NCBI GenBank assembly: GCA_002344785.1
Contig: DDUL01000033.1
Span: 43,238 to 107,237 of the forward strand
Source of the DNA: Bdellovibrionaceae bacterium UBA2339
GTDB lineage: Bacteria > Bdellovibrionota > Bdellovibrionia > Bdellovibrionales > JAMPXM01
Reading direction: 5' to 3'
DNA: 64,000 nt
The position numbers and the translations under genes were made by a program. Of the stretch, positions 18,899-26,314 are shown one piece after another. Below the pieces are notes generated by a model. It was not told the origin of the DNA. It worked only from the letters and a program-made list of their open reading frames with translations, and made no database searches. The first letter of the stretch is position 1, and each line of letters begins with the position of its first letter.

Positions 18899-20109
18899 GG
18901 ATCACTCGAGATGTTTTCAACTTTGCTTCATTGATGTTGGTGTGTGCTTTGAGCCTGAGCTGCGCAGGCCCTCCGAAGCGGGATCGTCTTTCCGAGTCAC
19001 AACGTCCATTGCATCGCATTGAGTATCGAGAAGATTTGGATCTTCAGCAGGAGATCGACAAGATTGCTGAGAAGTTTCCGCGAGCCACGATTCTTTTGGC
19101 AGCCGGCACTTACAGGCCTCAACACGAGGGCCAAGCTCTGTTGCATCTGAATTCAAAGCACAATGGGCTCAAGATCATGGGCGAAGATCGGGATCGAGTG
19201 ATCTTGACGGCTCAAGCCTCAGTTGCGCGCTATGAAGTCTTGGCGGCCGAAGGGAAGTTGACTGCAGTGGCTCCGCTAGCTCCCCCCGAATCGCGGGTGA
19301 TTGTGAATCATGTGGTCTACTTTGGCGACGGTGTGGATTCGACAACCGAACTCAGTCAGATGAGCATCACGGGCGCCCGAGGATATCTCACTAAGACGGG
19401 CGAGAGGCAGGCGGAACCCAACACTCAGCATCTTCGGCGATTCATTTTCTATGCCGATGGCGGAGGTGTGAAGATTTGGGGGAAAAGCTCACCACAGTTG
19501 CGCGATTTGAAGATCGAGGACAATTGGGCGCTTTACTGCGGCGGCGGAGTGTCGATCGAGCAGTTCGCCCAAACCGATGAGCCCGTTCGCATTCAGCGAG
19601 TGATTTTCAAAGGCAATCGAGTGCCGCTGACGGGAGCGGCCATTGACTTGTTGCCGGGAAGTTCGGCCATTGTCGAAGATTCAGTGTTTGAGGCAAATCA
19701 AGCTAATGACAGTTGGATTGAAGTTTCGCGCGTTAATGAGGTACGTCGTGAATTCATGAGACGTCAGCCGCACACTCAGGGCACCGATGCTCACCCAGAT
19801 CAGGGGCAGGGACCGAGTGGAACAGGACTGAGTCAGTTCACAAAGTCTTCGGCGATCACGGTTTTCAGAGGCTCATCGATTGAACTTCGACGGAGTGAGT
19901 TCAAAGGGAACTCAGGTGGCCTCGACTTCCTCAATTTTGTTCGATGGTACTCATCCGATGAAAAGTTGATTCGGCGTCGTCGCCTCAGCTTACTTGAAGA
20001 TTTGAGTTTTGCTCGGCAGAGGCTGCATGACATCAAGGGTATCGGGAGCTTCTTGGGTGGCGAGATTCGATCGCAGCGAATTCAGCTCGAAAAACCGATT
20101 CAAGACTGA
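18895..20109 (+). CDS. lipoprotein with right-handed parallel beta-helix (PbH1-type) repeats
   Basis: ATG 18895 overlaps the upstream stop (ATGA). Lipobox signal MRITRDVFNFASLMLVCALSLSC. Repeated units are YADGGGVKIWG, YCGGGVSIEQ, FKGNRVPLTGAAIDL, FEANQAND and FKGNSGGLDF. Confidence 0.65.
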   Translation: MRITRDVFNFASLMLVCALSLSCAGPPKRDRLSESQRPLHRIEYREDLDLQQEIDKIAEKFPRATILLAAGTYRPQHEGQALLHLNSKHNGLKIMGEDRDRVILTAQASVARYEVLAAEGKLTAVAPLAPPESRVIVNHVVYFGDGVDSTTELSQMSITGARGYLTKTGERQAEPNTQHLRRFIFYADGGGVKIWGKSSPQLRDLKIEDNWALYCGGGVSIEQFAQTDEPVRIQRVIFKGNRVPLTGAAIDLLPGSSAIVEDSVFEANQANDSWIEVSRVNEVRREFMRRQPHTQGTDAHPDQGQGPSGTGLSQFTKSSAITVFRGSSIELRRSEFKGNSGGLDFLNFVRWYSSDEKLIRRRRLSLLEDLSFARQRLHDIKGIGSFLGGEIRSQRIQLEKPIQD

Positions 20110-20125
20110 AGAATATAAATTTCGA

Positions 20126-20950
20126 TCAGCTTTGAGCGGATTTCTGCGATCGCATACGCTCTTCAAGTAATCGGCTTATAGGAATCAGTGTTGTTGTCAG
20201 AAAAATGGCGTACATCAAAGAATCGGGTCGCTCCAAGGCGCGGAAAAGCTGATCAAAGAAGACAATGCTCACAGCATAGAGCGCTTGGGTCCATCTTCTC
20301 TGCGGGGAAGTTGCGGGATCTGTCATCATGAAGAAAAAGGCGAGCAGAAAACCCGTTGAGTACATCGTTGGCCAATTGGCCAGGGCGGGGAAGCCGGCGA
20401 TGGACTCAAGCAACAATGCGCCAAGCGGATAGGCGATGAAAATCGCGACCAACATGGTCAGCTTCTTCGCTAGATAAAGCACGGGGATTCCGAATCCGAG
20501 AATGATCAAAGGGAAGATCCATGTGGTCCCCCATCTTGAGCCTTGAGTGACAGCCTCGGACGGCCACACAAGCAAAGCCACGACAATTCCAAAGTTAGAA
20601 GGGTTGAGAAAGTGTCGACCTCGAAACAAAAGCACATATTTGGAGATCACAGCTAAAACACTGGCAGCAATCAAAAAGGGTAGGTCCGCGCGCAAATTGA
20701 AGATCACGCTGCTGGCCAAGGAGATCGAACTGAGTGGTAAGTCTCTCAAACTTAACTGTTTAAGATTCCACTTCAATGAATGAGAACCAGAAATCGCCTT
20801 GAGCAGTCGATCTAACAAAATTACGCCGAAGATCATCCCGATGACTTCCACCGCGGATAGATTGAGGTAGTCGAGTATCAAGGCGCTGGACAGCAGTGAA
20901 ATTTGGAATGCCAATGCCAGCCATTTGAAATTAAAGGTCGAGTGTTTCAT
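20126..20950 (-). CDS. NqrB/RnfD-like polytopic membrane protein (orphan), module 2
   Basis: 274 aa with multiple TM segments. GRHFLNPSNFGIVVALLVWP and FFFMMTDPATSPQRRW match the two signature stretches of the NqrB/RnfD family. No [ST]GAT flavinylation motif is present. The start overlaps the stop of 20947-22869 (ATGA). Confidence 0.65.
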   Translation of the reverse strand: MKHSTFNFKWLALAFQISLLSSALILDYLNLSAVEVIGMIFGVILLDRLLKAISGSHSLKWNLKQLSLRDLPLSSISLASSVIFNLRADLPFLIAASVLAVISKYVLLFRGRHFLNPSNFGIVVALLVWPSEAVTQGSRWGTTWIFPLIILGFGIPVLYLAKKLTMLVAIFIAYPLGALLLESIAGFPALANWPTMYSTGFLLAFFFMMTDPATSPQRRWTQALYAVSIVFFDQLFRALERPDSLMYAIFLTTTLIPISRLLEERMRSQKSAQS

Positions 20951-22869
20951 TTCGACCCGCGCCGAATGAGGATGTAGGAGTTGAGTTCTCGAGAATGAAG
21001 GGGACGAAAGCTTCTCGTTCCATCAGGCCAGCGAACGACCAAGGAGAGTTCGCCTTTGATCTCTTCAGGTGAAATGCCAAAGACCAATCTTGAATCACTT
21101 TGCGCCATATAACCATTGAGCGGGTACAAACTGCGAAGTCGACGATGTTGTCGGTCGACGGCCAGAACCACTTGTGCGCCCCAAGCTTGGCGGTTGCCAG
21201 GGGACCCTTCATCAAGGAGGGAAACACCGATCCAATTGGTCGCACCTTTGGTGTGAGTGGAATTGGGGTGATCATGGGTCTCGTCCTGATTCTCGTCTCG
21301 AGGAGAATTGATGAGCAATTCAGGTTTGGCGTTCTGATTTGCGATCGCAAGATCAACTCGTCCATCATTATTAAAGTCCGACGCCGCGACTCCTCGTGCA
21401 TCTTTTCGGCTGGTGGCTCCAACAATCTCAGACACATCCCAATATCGACCGCGTTCGAAAGTGAATAAACAGTTTCGCTGTCGGTCCGCAAAATTTTTGC
21501 TCCGCATATTGGGGGATCGAAAGCGATCATCCTCCATGAGAAAAGTGGGAAGGCTCGCGGTCGTCATTGACTCGTAGACATAGGACTCCCGCACGCCTTC
21601 TCGCGTGATGTTCCCATTGCTGACAAAAAGCTCAAGCTGGCCGTCAAGATCAAAGTCCACCGCTTTGGGTGCCCAGGCCCAACCACAATTGTGCAGACGA
21701 TGCTCTTTCGCTGAGTTCGTGTCGAAGCGACCACTTCGATTGAGGAAAAAATTATTTCCCCAATTCACCATACGATCCTCAAAAATCACGGCGGAAAACA
21801 CATCTTCGCGGAGATCATTGTTGAAGTCGGCCACTTCAACACCCATTCCCGAATTGGTTGAAACTCGCTTAAGCGTTGGTCGGCCCAGCGCAAACTTTCC
21901 TTCGCCGCGATTCAAATAATAGAAGTCTCGTCCCCAGCCATTGCCAAAATAAAGATCCAACTTTCGATCTCCATTGAGATCCAAAACTGCCACCGACCAG
22001 AGCCAGGCTTTGATGTCGCCGAGGCCAGCTTCCTGAGTCACATCGACAAACGACCTGCCTTGCTGATTCTTGAGTAAATGAATTCGGGACCCATTGCTGG
22101 GTTGGTTGGTCGAATCCCAGAGGACTCGACTATGAAGTGGATTGAGAAGATCGAAGCCCTCTTGGCTCCAATAAGTGAGAATCAGATCCAGCCAACCATC
22201 TTGGTTGAAGTCGAAGACATTTAAACCTGTTCCGTAACCACACAAGTCTTGGGGAATTAGATCCCGTCTTTCCGTAAAGGCCGCAGCAGCTGATCGTCTT
22301 GCCTGATTCACAAATAGTGTTGAGCAGCCACTGAGTCGATGCACAAACAAGTCATCGTCACCATCGCCATCGAAATCGAAAAACGCCACTGGGCCGCTTT
22401 GGGCATTTTGATTGATCAGATCCAAGCCAGATTGAGCCGCAACTTCATTGAAGCCTCGACCTTTCAGATTGAGATAAAGATGTGGCTTGGACCCGAGTTT
22501 ATTGTTTGCGAAAAAAACATCCATCCAGCCATCTTTGTTGAGATCTACAGTCGCCACAGCTGCGCCATTTGTCGTGAATCGGGGGGCCAGATTGACGAGC
22601 TGAGTTTCCGAGGGATCAGCGATCGGGCCCTCATTCACAAAGTGGATCCCCAGTTCATCAGCTCGATCAATCAATTGAAAGTTCGGAGCACGCCCACTCC
22701 AGCCCTGAAGTCCTCGAGAGTCTTGGTAGGAGGCGTTGCTTTCCGAGAAGGGTTCATAACGGGGCGTTGCGAATGCGACCAAGGCACCAAGGCTCAATGC
22801 AACACAGGCCTGAGCCAGGTCCTTGTTGAAGTGCAGGGCTTTGAGAAATTGAGCCCACTCGAGTTTCAT
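20947..22869 (-). CDS. exported FG-GAP/VCBS-repeat protein with UnbV/ASPIC C-terminal domain (CRTAC1-like), module 2
   Basis: 640 aa with a signal-like N-terminus. The Ca-type loops are DLNKDGWMDVFF, DFDGDGDDDLFV, DFNQDGWLDLIL, DLNGDRKLDLYF, DFDLDGQLELFV and DFNNDGRVDLAI. The C-terminal sequence is TNWIGVSLLDEG..WGAQVVLAV..YPLNGYMAQSDSRLVFGI. Confidence 0.8.
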   Translation of the reverse strand: MKLEWAQFLKALHFNKDLAQACVALSLGALVAFATPRYEPFSESNASYQDSRGLQGWSGRAPNFQLIDRADELGIHFVNEGPIADPSETQLVNLAPRFTTNGAAVATVDLNKDGWMDVFFANNKLGSKPHLYLNLKGRGFNEVAAQSGLDLINQNAQSGPVAFFDFDGDGDDDLFVHRLSGCSTLFVNQARRSAAAAFTERRDLIPQDLCGYGTGLNVFDFNQDGWLDLILTYWSQEGFDLLNPLHSRVLWDSTNQPSNGSRIHLLKNQQGRSFVDVTQEAGLGDIKAWLWSVAVLDLNGDRKLDLYFGNGWGRDFYYLNRGEGKFALGRPTLKRVSTNSGMGVEVADFNNDLREDVFSAVIFEDRMVNWGNNFFLNRSGRFDTNSAKEHRLHNCGWAWAPKAVDFDLDGQLELFVSNGNITREGVRESYVYESMTTASLPTFLMEDDRFRSPNMRSKNFADRQRNCLFTFERGRYWDVSEIVGATSRKDARGVAASDFNNDGRVDLAIANQNAKPELLINSPRDENQDETHDHPNSTHTKGATNWIGVSLLDEGSPGNRQAWGAQVVLAVDRQHRRLRSLYPLNGYMAQSDSRLVFGISPEEIKGELSLVVRWPDGTRSFRPLHSRELNSYILIRRGSK

Positions 22870-22975
22870 GAATTCGCCTCTCCCTCTCGAGTTTAATCCT
22901 CAGTGCTTCGCCTTGACCAGTACTCTGGCGCAGTTTGAGTCAGCTTGTCGCCGCTTCACGAGCTTAAAATGGGCC

Positions 22976-23911
22976 TCAATCGTTCGTGTGGGATGCCATG
23001 CTGACGCTTGCGATCTTGTGCGACTTGGCTTCAGAAATTTCGCAACTTTCACCTCTGACAAGTCGATAGGCGAACCATCCACTTTGAACGAAAACGTAGG
23101 CCAATAGATCCGGCATGACGATGAGAAGTGACCTCAGTACAAGATCGACGACTCCAATCAAGAATCCGAACGCCCATTGCTCTTTGCGCCGGCGCGGGCT
23201 GGTTTGCGGGTCCGTTATGATATTGAAGGTAAAAATCATGGACCCAAGTGACCCCAATGTCGCGATCCAAAATAGTGGCCCGAGTGTTTGAGTCGCCCAG
23301 ATCGGACGGAGATCAAGCCAGCTTCCGACGTAGTGCCAGGCGAGACTCGCAAGACTCAAACCCAACACATAGCTCATTGAGATCCACAATCCTTTCGCAA
23401 GCCATGCGACGGCGATGGCTAACGGCAATGCCCAAACATGAACGTGCCAAAAGTCACCCCAAGAAGTGCCGCCGTAAGTGAGGTGTTGAGGAAGGAGCGT
23501 GATGGCTAAAACCGATGCGATTGCCGAAGGGTTGTAAACATGCCGACCGTCAGGACCAATCAACCAGATCTTGGAAATGAAAATGAAAAGTCCAGCGATC
23601 GCCAGAGCCGGGTAGCTAAAGGCCTCGACATTCACAAATAATGAAATCGTGGCGGCCACGATGTTGAGCCGTATCCAAGCATGCGAACCAGTTTCAGGAG
23701 CAGGAGTGACTTTCGGGTGGGATTGGAGATGTGCGAATCTGCGGAGAGCATAGTCGATCAAAACATGCGTCGACAGTAGGGCAAAAAACCAAACTAATGG
23801 ACGAGGATGAGCGGCGAAATTGAGTGCGAAACCGATGTAGACGATTTGCGTGAGGACTTGAACAGCCAATGTTGGTGTCAGTGAGACTCCAAATATTCGT
23901 TTGAAGTTCAT
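22976..23911 (-). CDS. NqrB/RnfD-like polytopic membrane protein (orphan), module 1
   Basis: 311 aa and paralogous to 20126-20950. It carries GRHVYNPSAIASVLAITLLP and FTFNIITDPQTSPRRRKEQW. The start overlaps the stop of 23908-25899 (ATGA). Confidence 0.65.
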   Translation of the reverse strand: MNFKRIFGVSLTPTLAVQVLTQIVYIGFALNFAAHPRPLVWFFALLSTHVLIDYALRRFAHLQSHPKVTPAPETGSHAWIRLNIVAATISLFVNVEAFSYPALAIAGLFIFISKIWLIGPDGRHVYNPSAIASVLAITLLPQHLTYGGTSWGDFWHVHVWALPLAIAVAWLAKGLWISMSYVLGLSLASLAWHYVGSWLDLRPIWATQTLGPLFWIATLGSLGSMIFTFNIITDPQTSPRRRKEQWAFGFLIGVVDLVLRSLLIVMPDLLAYVFVQSGWFAYRLVRGESCEISEAKSHKIASVSMASHTND

Positions 23912-25899
23912 GGTTCAATCACCTCAATGGCTTGGCCGAGCTGATCCGGAAGACCCAAAGTCTGAGTCTGGCCACTCGGCCAAATCACCTGAATGGATTC
24001 AATTCGTTCACTCTCTTGAAAAGTGAGGAAGACTCGGCTTGAGTTCTGCGACTGCATGCCATTGAGCGGCTGATTTTCTCTCCGGAAACTTCGAATTGAG
24101 GTTTTGACTTCAACGATCGTGCCGAGACCGTCAATGTTGGACTTTCGGCCGACGAACTTGAGACTCAGCCATCGACCTGGGTTTCGTCCGCTCTCTGTCA
24201 GCTGACTGCGATACAAAATCGGACCGTGGTAAGGGCCGCCCATAACCAGATCCAAATCGCCATCTTGATCCAAATCCGCGTAGGCCAATCCGCGACCAAT
24301 CCGAGAATCCGCAAATCCAATTGCCTCAGCTCGATCGACAAAGTGACCCGTGGAATCTTGCTCATAGAGGCACTTCTTTTGTTCGGCGGCGACACTCGCC
24401 CGAGGATCTCGCCGCATCAGCTGTCGGGAAATTTCTGGTCCAGCAAACTCAAGTAAGGCTGTCGGCAAGCCAGCTGTGAACTCGAAGACATACCAATGTC
24501 TTTCGTCACTCTTAGGAAAGCCAAACCAGCCATTGATAACGGCCAAGTCGAAGTCCCCATCATGGTCGAAATCAAGGAACTGACTGGCCCAAGACCAACC
24601 GCAGGAGTCAACGCCTCGCTGTAGAGCTTCGTCGCGAAATCCCTCGAGGGCCATCGCGGGCGTGGAGCTTTCCGTGGCCGTTCGCCCTGAGCTCTCAGAT
24701 TTGGTCTGACCCATCCACAAACTGTTCAGCCCGCGCATGAGTCCAGGCTTGGGCTTATTTGTGACATAAACATCGCCAACACCATTGTGGTCCAAATCCT
24801 CAATCGCGGCCGACATCGAATTTCGTGACCGCAATTGGCCCAGATGTTGTTTCGTTTGATCAGCAAAGCGTCCGCCGCCTTGGTTAATGAGAAGTTGATC
24901 GCGCGCGAAGTCTTGTCCCAGAAAGATGTCCCATCGACCGTCACGGTTAAAGTCCGACACACCCACGGCCCAGGTGGTGCTCGCCTCTGGAAGTGGATCT
25001 GCCTCGTGCCACTGAAGGGGAGGCGGGTGAGCGTGGGGCGAAGCTGCGTTTGGCGATTGTTTGATTGAGTTTGAAACTGCGGCGCTTCGATTGAGAAAGA
25101 GCCGATCTCGGCCAGCTTGAGTATTTCGAATTTGATTGGTGCCAAAGGTGGTCACCATGGCGCGTCTCAAAAAACGCTCGCGTCGATGCGGCACCTCAAG
25201 ATCGCGATAGTTGGCAAAATAGAGATCCAACTTCCCATCGCCGTCGGCATCAAACACATGCATGCCACGAGGTTCAATATACAAATTCAGTTGATGAATC
25301 AGCGCAAATCGAACTGTTCGCGATGGCGACGCAGATTTAACACTTTGTCTTTGCAGTTCAAAAAACAACACCGGAGTTCCAACTCCCGCAACGATCAAAA
25401 GCGGGTGACCTCGACCGTCAAGATCGGCGCACGCCAATGCCGTGCTTCGATGGTCCGCGGGCAAGAGTTGATCAAGGCCCCATTCGGACGTGACATCCTT
25501 GAACTGTCGACCTTGCTTTAAGCTTTGATAAACTCGTAATTTGCCAAATTGAGTGGGCTCGTTGTGGAGACTGATGAGATCCTCCCATCCGTCTCGGTCC
25601 AAGTCACAAATCACAATAAAGCCAGGCATACGCCGAGACCACGGACCAAAATCCTCCATGGGTCGAGCCGGAGGACCTAAAATTGAGACTGTATCATCGA
25701 GAAAAAGCGGTTCCGACTTATGCGTTTGCGTGCTCGCGGCTGCGAGCCCTAGGGCGTAGGAGTCAGATTGGGGAGGAATTGCACCGGTGAATTTGCCAAG
25801 GACCAGTGCGAGAAAGGGCGTCAGGGCGACGAGCCAAAATGGCCAATTCGCTCTGTCGCGAAGCCTCGGGTAGTCCGACTGTTGTTGCCTCTTGCTCAT
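23908..25899 (-). CDS. membrane-anchored FG-GAP/VCBS-repeat protein with UnbV/ASPIC C-terminal domain (CRTAC1-like), module 1
   Basis: 663 aa with N-terminal anchor WPFWLVALTPFLALVLG. The loops are DLDRDGWEDLI, DADGDGKLDLYF, DFNRDGRWDIFL, DLDHNGVGDVYV, DFDHDGDFDLAV and DLDQDGDLDLVM. The C-terminal sequence is GRWLSLKFVGRKSNIDGLGTIVEVKT..QPLNGMQSQNSSRVFLTF. Confidence 0.8.
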   Translation of the reverse strand: MSKRQQQSDYPRLRDRANWPFWLVALTPFLALVLGKFTGAIPPQSDSYALGLAAASTQTHKSEPLFLDDTVSILGPPARPMEDFGPWSRRMPGFIVICDLDRDGWEDLISLHNEPTQFGKLRVYQSLKQGRQFKDVTSEWGLDQLLPADHRSTALACADLDGRGHPLLIVAGVGTPVLFFELQRQSVKSASPSRTVRFALIHQLNLYIEPRGMHVFDADGDGKLDLYFANYRDLEVPHRRERFLRRAMVTTFGTNQIRNTQAGRDRLFLNRSAAVSNSIKQSPNAASPHAHPPPLQWHEADPLPEASTTWAVGVSDFNRDGRWDIFLGQDFARDQLLINQGGGRFADQTKQHLGQLRSRNSMSAAIEDLDHNGVGDVYVTNKPKPGLMRGLNSLWMGQTKSESSGRTATESSTPAMALEGFRDEALQRGVDSCGWSWASQFLDFDHDGDFDLAVINGWFGFPKSDERHWYVFEFTAGLPTALLEFAGPEISRQLMRRDPRASVAAEQKKCLYEQDSTGHFVDRAEAIGFADSRIGRGLAYADLDQDGDLDLVMGGPYHGPILYRSQLTESGRNPGRWLSLKFVGRKSNIDGLGTIVEVKTSIRSFRRENQPLNGMQSQNSSRVFLTFQESERIESIQVIWPSGQTQTLGLPDQLGQAIEVIEP

Positions 25900-26139
25900 T
25901 TCAATTTTGATCCTTCGAACTGAAGCTTAGGCTAACTAAAGTCATCATGTGTGTCGCACAAAAAAACTCAAAATTCGCAAGAGTCAGAAAATTGATGAGT
26001 CGGAATGTGAATCCTCGCGATTTTGAAAGCACCCGCGGATTCAGGGCGAGCTCTCGGCAAAGTTCTTTGAACAGTATGCAGTTCTGCGAGCAGTTTGGGG
26101 CCGGGCGATCGTGCGGTCTCGAGCATGTCAAAGACACGG

Positions 26140-26218
26140 GTCTGAATTGAACGAGTCTGAATTGAGTAGACTTCAGGCTTAAGACCTCAAATGATAGTGG
26201 GGTGGAACGTCAATTCAG
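26140..26218. promoter_or_regulatory. repeated CTGAATTGA motif (2 direct + 1 inverted copy) upstream of 26315-28768
   Basis: gtctgaattga occurs at 26140-26150 and again at 26155-26165 (15-bp period). The inverted copy tcaattcag lies at 26210-26218. All copies sit 97-175 nt upstream of ATG 26315 in the 415-nt divergent intergenic region. Confidence 0.4.
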
Positions 26219-26314
26219 CTCGATCCCAGTGTGCTTGAGTTCGCCATTTCGAATTCGGCTCGTCTTTATGCGCGCTGGGCGGCGAAATATTAACTCAAGT
26301 TTCAAGGATAAGGG

